From NCBI GenBank assembly GCA_040182905.1, contig JARQWU010000103.1:1-32110 (forward strand): 32,110 nt of DNA. The letters run 5' to 3'. Of this stretch, positions 10,870 through 21,402 are shown piece after piece (position 1 is the stretch's first letter; each line of letters opens with the position of its first letter). Source of the stretch: Barthelona sp. PAP020 (taxonomy: Eukaryota). The position numbers and the translations under genes were made by a program. Under the pieces are notes generated by a model that searched no databases, was not told where the DNA came from, and saw only the letters and a program-made list of their open reading frames with translations.

Positions 10870-12627
10870 ATGAGTTCTACTTGGTCATTTATTGGACTGA
10901 AAGATGAATTGTGTCGAGCTTTAAATGACAAAGGTTTTGAAGAACCAACTCCAATTCAATTAGAATGCATTAATCCAATTTTGCAAAGAAAAAACATAGT
11001 TGGTTCTGCAATTACTGGAAGCGGTAAAACTTTAGCATTTGGATTACCTATTATTCAACGAATTTTGGATGAAGTTGAAGATATTGAAAATATAGAAGGT
11101 CCTTGTTGTTTTATTTTTGCTCCCACTCGAGAATTATCTCAACAAATTTGTGCCCATTTAACAGATATAGCTAAATATTCAAAGGTAAACATATTAAATA
11201 TTATTGGAGGTATTTCTGCACCAAAACAAAAACGATTGTTGGAAGAAAGAAAACCTGCCATTATTGTTGGTACACCTGGAAGAATTAAGGATTTGATTGA
11301 AAGCGAAGTACCATTTATTTCTAATTTTTCGTGTTTGCGTATCATTTGTTTGGATGAAGTTGATAAGATGGTAGAAACACAGCGTTATGAGACCTTAGGT
11401 GAAATTATTAGTCTATTTCCTCCATTAGCACCTGTTGAGGAACGTCATCGATTGAAAGATGAAGGAGGTATGGGTTTAATTAGTAAAGAAGAAAATGGAG
11501 CATATTTTGAATATTTTGCCACATGTCATGACCGTCAAATTCTTTTATTTTCCGCCACAGCCCTTCTTTCAGCAGAAGGTCATATGAACATTCAAAATGT
11601 TAAAGCCAAAGAGAAAAAAAGGATGGATTCAAAGAAACAAAAAAGGTTATTCAATCAAAAACAAAAAAAACAAAAACACAAACAGAATAATGGTGTTGAA
11701 GTTGAAGAAGATACAATCGTTAGAAATATTCTGAAAATATTTGATAAAAGTTTAAAAGATTTCAAGATAATTGATGTTTCTCCGTCTAAATTTATTGGAA
11801 GCAATATTAAAGACTTTAAAGTTTTAACCTTAGTTGAAAAAAAGTTGGAAAATTTGCTGTTTATTCTAGAAAATGTCAGTTTTCCTGCTATTATATTTAC
11901 AAACACTATAAATGAAACCAAAAGGATAAAGAATGTGTTTTCCAAGCTATATGCTCAGAAATTCATTGATTATGGTATATTTGCTTTATTTGCTCAACAA
12001 AAACAAAAGCAAAGATTAAAAAATTTGGAAAAATTTCAAACTTTTCCTGAATCCAAAGCTATTTTAATCTCAACTGATGTTGCTGCTCGTGGTTTGGATA
12101 TTCCAAATATCGGTACTGTCATTAATTACCATTGTCCTAAAACAATTGATATATTCATTCATAGAAGAGGTAGAACCGGTAGAATAGGAAAGTCTGGGGT
12201 AAATTTATTTATGATTGCTCCTGATGAATTGGATATGATGGAGTCAATATTTGGAAGTTTGGACATTAATTCTAAGGAGTTAGAAACATTTAGTTATTCA
12301 AAGAATGATCATTTGATTAGTATACTGGAAAGTGCCATTGAAGCAGAATCGGATGAATATCAAAAAGTTAAAAATCAAGCAAACGAGAAATTTATTGCTA
12401 ATTTTTTAAATCAAGATGTCACTGAAAAAAAACGACCACCAACGTTGCAATCTGATACTGAAAAGAATAAAAAAAGGAAAAATCATATATTTAAACAAAA
12501 AGCTCAAAATGTCAGAAAACAAATGGTCAAAGAAAAGTTTAATGGGTTGGTTTCAGCTTCAGGATCCAATTCAAATTATTTTCACCAAATGGCCTTGAAA
12601 AAACTGGATTTGACGTCAAATAATTAA
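10870..12627 (+). CDS. DEAD-box RNA helicase, DDX24/Mak5-like
   Basis: Q motif GFEEPTPIQ, TGSGKT, PTREL, GG.S..KQ.R.L, TPGR, DEVD, SAT, TDVAARGLDIP, HRRGRTGR, and a Lys-rich insert after SAT. ATG at 10870. Confidence 0.88.
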   Translation: MSSTWSFIGLKDELCRALNDKGFEEPTPIQLECINPILQRKNIVGSAITGSGKTLAFGLPIIQRILDEVEDIENIEGPCCFIFAPTRELSQQICAHLTDIAKYSKVNILNIIGGISAPKQKRLLEERKPAIIVGTPGRIKDLIESEVPFISNFSCLRIICLDEVDKMVETQRYETLGEIISLFPPLAPVEERHRLKDEGGMGLISKEENGAYFEYFATCHDRQILLFSATALLSAEGHMNIQNVKAKEKKRMDSKKQKRLFNQKQKKQKHKQNNGVEVEEDTIVRNILKIFDKSLKDFKIIDVSPSKFIGSNIKDFKVLTLVEKKLENLLFILENVSFPAIIFTNTINETKRIKNVFSKLYAQKFIDYGIFALFAQQKQKQRLKNLEKFQTFPESKAILISTDVAARGLDIPNIGTVINYHCPKTIDIFIHRRGRTGRIGKSGVNLFMIAPDELDMMESIFGSLDINSKELETFSYSKNDHLISILESAIEAESDEYQKVKNQANEKFIANFLNQDVTEKKRPPTLQSDTEKNKKRKNHIFKQKAQNVRKQMVKEKFNGLVSASGSNSNYFHQMALKKLDLTSNN

Positions 12628-12905
12628 GAGAAACGGTTTTCAAATTCTTTTGAAAAAGAATTTTCACATTTTAAATGTTTAAGTTTGGTAAATGTTTTTT
12701 CTTTTTGTGTTTTTGTTTGTCAACACCAATATTGTTTTTTATTTCCAAGCCAAGAAGCACTGCGCGTATGAGTGAATAAAAAAGAATAGTGTTTATTTGG
12801 TTAAAGGCTTTCGAGGCCCGATTGATCTGTTGAAAAACTTTAGATTTTCTGAGGTAAAGTTTAAACTTTAAAATTTTGCTTTTGCAAAAATACAAAAAAA
12901 TAGGA

Positions 12906-12982
12906 ATGAAGAATTTCTCCGAAATTTTCATACAGTCACTCATTTTCTGTGGCTGAGATTTAATGAAATGAGTTTTCTCTGA
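12906..12982 (+). ncRNA. Candidate box C/D snoRNA
   Basis: C-like ATGAAGA at 12906, D' CTGA at 12953-12956, C'-like ATGAAATGA at 12963, D CTGA at 12979-12982; 77 nt, intergenic. No convincing target identified. Confidence 0.3.
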
Positions 12983-13596
12983 TCACTTTTTCTTTGTAAA
13001 TAAATATAGTTGTTTCACAACTTGACCAAAAGTATTGAAAACTGTAAGAATTGGATAAGTTCAGATGTTGAAAATTTCGCTGTGCCAACTCAAAAATACT
13101 TAGTTTCACTCAGGCTTGTTATAAAAGAACGCATCTTAAATTGTAATTTATTTTAAAGTTTCATTCATTAGAAAATATTTTGCCATTTGTCAATAATATT
13201 GAATAAAAACTGTTTTTAAACCAAAAACAATCAATTTGGTGGAAAAATTGAGCAAAATAATATTTATTCATTTATTTATTTTTATTTTTTTTCAAATATA
13301 ATTAAATTTCAGTTTGAGTTGATTTTCAAGCAGTGGCACATTGCAAAAAAAAAAAAAGAGATATTCTTTCCAATAAACACAAAAAACAAAAAAACAAATA
13401 AATTTATCTCAAGTTTTATTTTTTTATTTTTTTTTGAAATCATTTTTTTGGTCTTTCTTTGGAATTAAAAGAAATTGAAAATTTTCAATTCTTGAATGTT
13501 CAAAGAAATGAATATTGATCAATCCAATGACAAATCAAAATGAAAAAAAGAAATATTTTGAAAAAAAAACATTTAATCAAAAAAATTGAGCTTTAA

Positions 13597-15351
13597 TTAA
13601 TTAATCCAAGATCTATCAGGTCCCATTCCTAATTGCATTAATTTATAAAAGATAGCAGTAGTACCTCCAGCAATAGGTAAGGTAACAATCCAAGAAACAC
13701 CAATATTTCCAACCATTTTCCATTTTACACCAGCACACCCTTGTCTAACCAATCCAATACCAACAATACAACCAATCAAAGTATGAGTTGTTGATAAAGG
13801 TAATCCTAAAGAAGAACCTAATAAAACAACAACAGAAGTGGATAATTGAACAGCAAAACCAATTGAGGGAGATATTTCAGCAATATTACCACCAACAGTT
13901 TCAATAACCTTGTGTCCTAAAACTCCTAAACCAACAACTATACCCAAACCACCTAAGACCATAACCCACATAGGTAAAGCAACTTTACCTTCAACAGACG
14001 TTGTTTGCCAACAAGCAATAATAGCCGCCATAGGTCCTGTGGAATTGGCGGTATCATTAGATCCATGAGCAAAAGCTAAACATAATGAAGTGGCTAATTG
14101 TAAAGGAATAAAAATAGCTTCATAAGCAACATGATTTTTGGTCTTTTCATCAACATCTTCATCATCAGACTCTTGATCTGTCCAGTCATCATCTTTAACA
14201 TCATTTCGATTGAAACCATCAGCAGAAGGATCACTAGAATCTTCATAAGAAGCAATATCATCTTCATTAACATCACCAATTTGATCATCCAAACGATCGA
14301 TTTCCACATCTGTAAGTACATTATTGGGTTCTTCTTCTTCTTCTTCTTCGGGACTTTCTAATTTAACTTGATCCGGATCAATGACTTCATATTTAAAGCC
14401 ACCAGCAGCAGGATCAACATTCTGATAAGCAGGTAATTCAAGATTAGGATCAACCATTTCACCAAAGCTGAACTTACGGTTTTTATCACCAAAATCAAAA
14501 TCGTAATTTTGTTCATTTAAATCAACATCAAGTTTAATTTTTTTAACTTCTTCCTTTCTATTCTGTCTATTTTCCTTTTCAAGCAGTTTTTGTTCCCTCA
14601 ATAATTCAGCAGTAAAACGAACATATTGTTGTTTTCTAAAAATAAAAATGTAAAGTCCTGAAATTACACAAGCCAAAGTTGCACTTATCAATAAAGCAGG
14701 GAAAAGGTCAATATCAACTGGTAAAGCTTTTAATATCAAAAAAACGGAATAAATGAAAACAGTAAAGAAAATGAACAAAGGCATCCATTTCAAAGCATTG
14801 GTTAACTTCATTTTAGTATCAACCCATGTTTTTTGCATGATCCAATAGATTGCAGCAGCAATAACACCACCCAACACAGGTGACACAAACCATGAAGCAG
14901 CAATAAATGCAATTTTATCCCAAAGAATTGAAGAAACACCAATGGCAACAATAGCAAAACCACCAACACCACCAACAACTGAATGAGTAGTAGATACTGG
15001 TAATTTGAACATTGTAGCCAATAACAACCACAAAGTACCACCAATCAGAGTAGCTAACATACCAGCCATAAAATCATAATAATTTGTGAAAGATTTGGAG
15101 TCAACAATTCCTTTTCTAATGGTGTCAGAAACACCACCTCCCATAGTTACAGCTCCACAAAATTCCATGAAACCACCAAAAATAACTGCATTACGCAATG
15201 AAATTGCACCAGCACCAACAGCAGTACCTAATGAATTGGCAACATCGTTTGCACCAATTCCAAACGAAAACATGAAAGAAACCAAAACACCAACCACTAA
15301 AATAACATTAGGGGTAAATATATATTCGGTATTAGGGATTGGTATTGCCAT
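13597..15351 (-). CDS. PiT/SLC20 (PHO4 family) inorganic phosphate transporter
   Basis: GIGANDVANS, PVSTTHS, AHGSNDTAN, PLSTTHT; two TM halves joined by an acidic loop. Likely start ATG 15351 (MAIPIP); the upstream ORF extension looks intergenic. Confidence 0.95.
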   Translation of the reverse strand: MAIPIPNTEYIFTPNVILVVGVLVSFMFSFGIGANDVANSLGTAVGAGAISLRNAVIFGGFMEFCGAVTMGGGVSDTIRKGIVDSKSFTNYYDFMAGMLATLIGGTLWLLLATMFKLPVSTTHSVVGGVGGFAIVAIGVSSILWDKIAFIAASWFVSPVLGGVIAAAIYWIMQKTWVDTKMKLTNALKWMPLFIFFTVFIYSVFLILKALPVDIDLFPALLISATLACVISGLYIFIFRKQQYVRFTAELLREQKLLEKENRQNRKEEVKKIKLDVDLNEQNYDFDFGDKNRKFSFGEMVDPNLELPAYQNVDPAAGGFKYEVIDPDQVKLESPEEEEEEEPNNVLTDVEIDRLDDQIGDVNEDDIASYEDSSDPSADGFNRNDVKDDDWTDQESDDEDVDEKTKNHVAYEAIFIPLQLATSLCLAFAHGSNDTANSTGPMAAIIACWQTTSVEGKVALPMWVMVLGGLGIVVGLGVLGHKVIETVGGNIAEISPSIGFAVQLSTSVVVLLGSSLGLPLSTTHTLIGCIVGIGLVRQGCAGVKWKMVGNIGVSWIVTLPIAGGTTAIFYKLMQLGMGPDRSWIN

Positions 15352-15934
15352 TTGTAAGTTTTTAAAAATAAACCTTCTGTTTTCTTTATTTTTCAAACAA
15401 TTGTCTTTCACTTTTTTAATTTTTTTTCCAAAGAATGCGACTTTTATTTTTTGTTTGAACAATTTAGACATTGCAAAATTATTTTTTGGTGTGTTTGAAA
15501 TGTTGAAAAAATAAAGTTTTTCAAAATTTTTAATGATGGTTGAATAAACAATATGATGTTCATTTATATTCACATAATAATTTAGCGTCAAATGGTTTTG
15601 TGAATGAAAGAAAATCTGACAAAGTCCACCATCGAAAAAAGAAAAACCTGAAAACAGTTAATCTTCAATATTTTTGGTCTTTTTCAACAACCTTTCGCCT
15701 TTGCCCACATATCTGAGTAAATATCTTGCAGATTCAATCAAAGGAAATTATCTTTGTCAAAAACAGAAAGATTTTTAATTCTGCAAGTAAGCAAATCAAA
15801 GAATCATAATTGAACACTTATTATGAAAATAATAACAAAGACAGAACAAAACTCACAATACAAAAATTTATAATGGGCAAATTTTTGTCAAAAATATTAT
15901 TTTAACAAAAATCTGACAACGAAGAAAGAAATAA

Positions 15935-17248
15935 TCAAAGAAATGAAGAAGCAGAAGAAGGTCTATTCCTAAATGTTTTTTTATTTGAACGCTTTGATGT
16001 TTGGGAGCTGATGTTCCTGGGAAGTACTTTTGGCAAGGATGATCTTCTGATTTTTTGGATTGATTTTTGCTCTTTTGCTAAACTACTGGTGGGTCTTGCC
16101 CTTCCCGGGGCACTATATATGTCTCTATTTTTATTTATCAATAAACCTGATGAATCGCTCGACCAAAGGTTTTGAAAACTAGTTTTTGATACTTGACTAG
16201 CGTTTTCCAGGTATTCATCAACATTCCAATCATCTCGAGGTGATTCAATTGGTCTGGAAGAATTAGAATCAACATTATCGCTCAATCTAGCGGTCAACTT
16301 GCTTATTTCTAAATTCATTGATTTATATTGTTTTTGATAAGCATTCAATTCTTTTTCTAACAAATCTTTAGATTTTTTACTTTTTAAAAGCTCTTCTTTT
16401 AATTTTTGCATCTCATTTTCAAACTTTGTTTTCATTTCGCGATTTTCTTTGGTCAATTTTTTCAATTTTTCCAAAAATTCAGCATTCTTTTTTTCAACAG
16501 CATCCAATTGTGCTTTTATCATCGTTTTTTGTCTCACAGTTGCTTTCAACTCAATTTCTAATGCTTCTGCAGCACAGTCTCTTTCCAAAAACTTTTCCTT
16601 TATCTCTTGATATTTCTCAAATATGGCATTGGCTCCATCAGTTCTTTTCTTTAGATTTTGACTCAACAAAATATTTCTTTGCAAAGCTTGTTTTCCTTCT
16701 GAATTCAACTGTTTGTATGCCTTTTTAGCTTCTTCTTCACGTATTTCTTTTAACTTAACATTAAATTCTTGAATTAACAAAGTGGATAAGGATGTTTCTT
16801 CCAATCTTTTTTCAGTTTGAGATTCAGTTAAAGCTATTTGTAAATTTTCTACAATAATTTTAAGTTCCGCATTTTCTTCAGCTAAAAATTTGTTTTCTTC
16901 CAAAAGATTATGATTATTCACATGATCTTTTCTCAAAGTAGATATTTCCATTTCTAATTCTGTTTTCATATGTTTCCAATCAGATTCCATTGATAAATAT
17001 TCTTCCCTCATAATATGCATATTTCTGGAAAATCTTTCCTTTGTTCGAATTAATTCTTCTTCAACATTAGCCAATTCATTATCTCTTACAGCTACTTGTT
17101 GAGAATACATTATAACTTGACGTTCTTTTTCATGCAATTCATCTCTTAATTCTTCAATTTCATTTTGAAGAGTAGTCATTTCACTATTCAATAGGTCAAT
17201 AGTCTCTTTAGACCTGGTTGTTCGAGTTGATAATGGTGGAGGTCCCAT
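15935..17248 (-). CDS. Coiled-coil protein, possibly BBOF1/CCDC176- or CFAP157-like ciliary protein
   Basis: Long coiled coil; EEEAKKAYKQLNSEGKQALQRNILL resembles the DUF4515-type segment (recalled similarity, not searched); S/R/K-rich tail. Confidence 0.55.
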   Translation of the reverse strand: MGPPPLSTRTTRSKETIDLLNSEMTTLQNEIEELRDELHEKERQVIMYSQQVAVRDNELANVEEELIRTKERFSRNMHIMREEYLSMESDWKHMKTELEMEISTLRKDHVNNHNLLEENKFLAEENAELKIIVENLQIALTESQTEKRLEETSLSTLLIQEFNVKLKEIREEEAKKAYKQLNSEGKQALQRNILLSQNLKKRTDGANAIFEKYQEIKEKFLERDCAAEALEIELKATVRQKTMIKAQLDAVEKKNAEFLEKLKKLTKENREMKTKFENEMQKLKEELLKSKKSKDLLEKELNAYQKQYKSMNLEISKLTARLSDNVDSNSSRPIESPRDDWNVDEYLENASQVSKTSFQNLWSSDSSGLLINKNRDIYSAPGRARPTSSLAKEQKSIQKIRRSSLPKVLPRNISSQTSKRSNKKTFRNRPSSASSFL

Positions 17249-17317
17249 TAACTACATATATTTCTTAAAATATCAAATAAACAAATTAAAAAAAAATTGA
17301 GGTTTTTATATATTGTT

Positions 17318-17998
17318 TTATTCTTGAGTAGCTTCAACATTATCAGCATCAACATTGGACGCTTGATCATTTTTCTTCATAATATACACATAGAAATAAG
17401 AGGAAGGTTTTGAAGCATCATCAGAAGACAAAGCTTTAGGAATGGTCTTAGTAGTAACAGTCCAATCAAGTCCTTGACGTTGGAAATGATCTTGTCTGGT
17501 CTCAGGCAAACCATAAGTAATGTTAATATAGGTTCCACCAGGTTTTAAACATTTAAAAACGTTTTGATGCATTCTAAAGGCAAGATCAAAAGAATCACGA
17601 CCACATAAAACAGCGTCTAATGTTCCTTTATCAATAATAACATCAAATGATTCAGATTCAAAATCTAATTTGCAAGCATTCATAACTTGCCATTTCATTC
17701 CAGCCAAATCAGCATATCTTTGTTTCATAGAGTTCACACAAACTTCAGAGATGTCGATGTTGGTGATGTTTTTGTATCCATCCTCATACATTTGAGCAGC
17801 TAAACGAGAATTACCACAACCAAGTTGAAGAATTTGAGATCCAGGAGCCAAATGAGGTTGAATGTGATCTTTTAAGGATACATAAGTCACATACCAATCA
17901 AAATTACCGGTGTCTTTTTCATAACGCTATTGTTAGAATATTGAGCAAATAGAGCATGATACCTCATCCCAGTATTTGGGGTCTCCGTATTCAGGCAT
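17318..17998 (-). CDS. Class I SAM-dependent methyltransferase, EEF1AKMT4/METTL13 N-domain-like; 2 exons (17998-17963, 17926-17318), 214 aa
   Basis: Splicing gives MPEYGDPKYWDE^RYEKDTGNFDWY, the family YWDxRY..FDW motif; also LGCGNS, NIDIS, IIDKGTLDA, LKPGG. Confidence 0.9.
17927..17962 (-). other. 36-nt spliceosomal intron
   Basis: GTATCATGCTCTATTTGCTCAATATTCTAACAATAG; removal restores YWDERY. Confidence 0.92.
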
Positions 17999-18310
17999 TT
18001 AAAGATATGGATGAAAGAAAAAAATTACTTTTGAAAAGAGATTCGCCAATTTTCTTTTTTCTTTTTGTCCAAAACTTTTCAGGTGTTCATTCAATGGAAT
18101 AATAAAAATATTTTACCATTAATCATTGAATTTTGAAGTTATGTTTTTGAGGAAAAGCAAAAAAATGGGGAACTTCCTTCTTGTTTATTAACAATTGAAT
18201 GTATTATTGTCTGCATATTCATAAATGGTTTTTTTTTCCAATTAATCAGTTAAGATTATGGGAGGTCAAAAGTTTAAAAGTTTTGAAAGTTTGAATTATT
18301 TTTTCTTAAT

Positions 18311-18433
18311 TGTAGTTTTTTGTTTGCATTAGCAAACAAATTGCGGTATCTACCCCCGTGTTGCTTACAGTAAGGAGTTAAGCCAATTTCTAATGGTTGT
18401 TTGCATTCAAACGGGTTGTATAGAGTAACATGT
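18311..18433. ncRNA. Candidate small structured ncRNA (family unassigned)
   Basis: GC-enriched intergenic island with a 9-bp perfect hairpin at 18319-18340 and CCCGT/ACGGG closing internal hairpins. Confidence 0.3.
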
Positions 18434-18625
18434 GATTTTTAATGATTTTAATTTTGTATTACAATCAATCGATCATTTTGTTTATATTTTCAATCATAAC
18501 ATATATTTTTATCAGTCTTAATCAGTAATTTTTTTTTAAACAATACAAATTTTCAACAAATACTAATTGATTAAATGTTGGTTTTTAATCTTTAAAAATA
18601 AAACTTTGTTGGTTTACCAAAATAA

Positions 18626-20820
18626 TCAAACAACACCTTTAAATGCAATGATACAACCTTTATCACATTTAAATCTTATTGCTTTTTGAGTATAGTCTCT
18701 ATCCAAATTTGGATTATCATTAAATAATTCCATTAAAGATCCATGAAGAGGACACTTGGGCATTGGTAATCTTCTTCCATTTGTGATGATAACTTGTTCA
18801 GAATTATCATTGGTCTTTGGGGAAATTTCTGTGAAAGAATTTTGTTTTTCAATAATTTGTGGAGGTTTGGATGTTTTGGACAAATCAACAACTCTTTTTT
18901 GATAGGAACCTTTTTCATCAGTTAAAATAACAGATATTTGTTTTTGTCTTGGTGTTTTAAATGTTGATGAAACTGTTTTATTGACAATAAATGGGTTATT
19001 TTTATTGTTACTATTAACATTTTCAAAGTGATTGCTTGAATTGAAATTTTCTTCCGTTTTTGGCTCTTTTTTAAAATAACTATCAAAATCACCAACAATT
19101 GCTGGAAATTCTCTTTCAATTTTGTGACTAGGCGTATTTACAATTGAATTACTGTTCATGGTATTTAAAACATGTGAAGTACTAGTAATGGTAGATGTAG
19201 GTAGTGTATCATTCAATGGTGAATCATACCCTTTGGAAGGACTGTTGGGCATAATTGTATCATCATATTCTTGTCCAAATTCTTTTCTTTGAGCCAATCT
19301 TAACTTTCGTATAAATCTCACAGCAGAAGGATTGGCAATGAAGTTACTCAAATCATAATTGATCAAATGAATTCCTTCCGCCGATTTTGCTCTACTTAAT
19401 GCAACATAAGCATGTCCTGGAGCAAAGCAACTAGACAAATCCATTGCAACGTTTGACAATGTCAATCCTTGACTTTTATGTATGGTTGTAGCCCAAGCCA
19501 ATTTTAAAGGAACCTGTCTACGTTTAGCAACCACCTGTCCTTGTCTTTCAACATCAAAAGATTCTAATCCAAAGTCATTTACATAACCCCCGTCGAATTC
19601 TACTGTAACTTTGGCATTTTTTTCATCATCATCCCATGATACAACTCGACCAATGGAGCCATTTGCCAAATATTTGTCTTCAAAACGGGTATTCTTCAAT
19701 AACATCACAATAGCATCAATCTTTAACTTTAATTCACGTGGTGCAATGACTAATTGATCTAATTGGTCTTTTTTTGGTCCACTATCAATAGAAATGAATG
19801 TTTTTTCCGCAGTATTCAAAGCGTTCAAACGTTTCAAATTCAAATCATCCACATGCACATTGTGTGTGTATAACATAGTGATATTTTCTCCTGGTTTTTT
19901 ATGTTGACTTTTTAAATATAAATTTCTCATATATTGCTTAACTTCATCATCAATATCACCTATTCGAATCTTATTCAGAATGTTCTTGAACATATTGTCA
20001 CTTTCTTGTCTGATGATCTTGGTTAACATCACAGTTTTTAAATCCAACTCATCCCACACATCTGTTTGAAAAATAAATCCGGGATCATTGTTTTCTTTAT
20101 CAACTGGTGGTAATTGTAAGAAATCACCAGTTAGAACAATTTGCAATCCACCGAATGGAGATCGTGAACCTCTAACTAGTTGACCAACTTCATTTACCAG
20201 TTTAAAAAAGTCTGGATGTATCATAGAAATCTCATCGATTATCAAAACTTTAGTTTCCTCCCACTTACGTCTTTTAAAAACCGCTTTCTTTATCATATTC
20301 GCACATTTATGCACAGTTGAACGATCGTTTACATCACCATGATATGGATTTATCCCGGAAAAGGAATGCAATGTACTCCCACCAACATTTATCGCAGAAA
20401 CACCTGTAGGAGCTACAACTTCATATTTAACTTTGTTATATTGTAAAACTTTACATATATGTTTGATAATAAAGGACTTTCCTGAATGGTTAGTAAAAAT
20501 ATTGGAAAAAAAAAGGAAATACCTGTTCCAGCTGGTCCACTAAAAAATACATTTTCGTGATGATCACAAACAAGATTTACCACTTTTCGTTGTTGTTCAG
20601 TTAATTGTGATAGATCTGGTTCATATAAATTTTTAGCTTGTTTCTCTTTTCTAAAATTTACTCTAGTGTCATTATTATGCGAAGTTTTTATATGATTGAC
20701 TTTTTTATAGACAGTTTTGGGTGGAGATGACATTTGACTAGAAGACGCCATAAAAGAATCCAATTTAGCATTATTTTTCGATAAAATATCATCATCTTTT
20801 CCATAATTTTTCACGCTCAT
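18626..20820 (-). CDS. PIF1: PIF1-family 5'-3' DNA helicase; 2 exons (20820-20523, 20481-18626), 717 aa
   Basis: Spliced Walker A GPAGTG^KS, APTGVSA, TLHSFSGI, IIDEISM, PFGGLQIVLTGDFLQLPPV, NGSIG, QVPLKLAWATTIHKSQGLTL, YVALSRA. Confidence 0.93.
20482..20522 (-). other. 41-nt spliceosomal intron in the PIF1 Walker A codon
   Basis: GTATTTCC...TTTACTAACCATTCAG; removal joins ACA G|GA AAG TCC (TGKS) and merges two ORFs in frame. Confidence 0.93.
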
Positions 20821-21402
20821 TCTCTAAAAGCCATAATTAAAGAAAAAAAAAAACAACTTTTGAAAAATTATGTTTCTTTTTGAAATTTGAAAGGATTTTG
20901 CTGTTAAAAATAATACTTTTTAACAAATTGGACTTAATTTTATCAAAGGTTTCAAAAAAAATGAAAGAGTTGAAATGCCTGCAACAAATTTTTTTTTCTT
21001 CATTTACCAACTATACTTTTTAACTTTATTAACATTTGAAAGAAAAAATCCATTAAAAAGCAGATAATATCCCTAAATCTTGTGATATTTGAAAGATGCA
21101 TGGATTTGTTTTGTTATTACTTGTTATGTACCAAAAATTACTTAAAAACTATTAAAAAATTAATCAAAAGTGATAATTAGATCAAAACAATAAATCTTTT
21201 CCATTTTTTTTAATTTTATCAATTTTTTGCAAAGTTTTGGCATAGATGTATTATCCATATTGGTTTTTCACTGAAATACCTCTTCAAATAATTTTTTACA
21301 ATTTAGAAAAAAACCATGAAACTATGAAGTTGCTGTTAAATTTTTTTTGTTAACTTAAAATAAATAATTTCAACTTATTACACGTTTTGTTTTTTATATT
21401 TT

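Noticed and set aside
15352..15591. N-terminal ORF extensions from TTG/GTG or upstream starts (PiT, Canopy, 8193, 2288)
   Set aside because: They are F/K/I/N-rich read-through of AT-rich intergenic DNA; better ATGs lie downstream.
18349..18424. tRNA or tRNA-Sec cloverleaf
   Set aside because: No 7-nt anticodon loop on a 5-bp stem, no proper T-arm and no D-loop GG.
20372..20820. Frameshifted or pseudogenised PIF1
   Set aside because: Fully explained by the 41-nt GT-AG intron.
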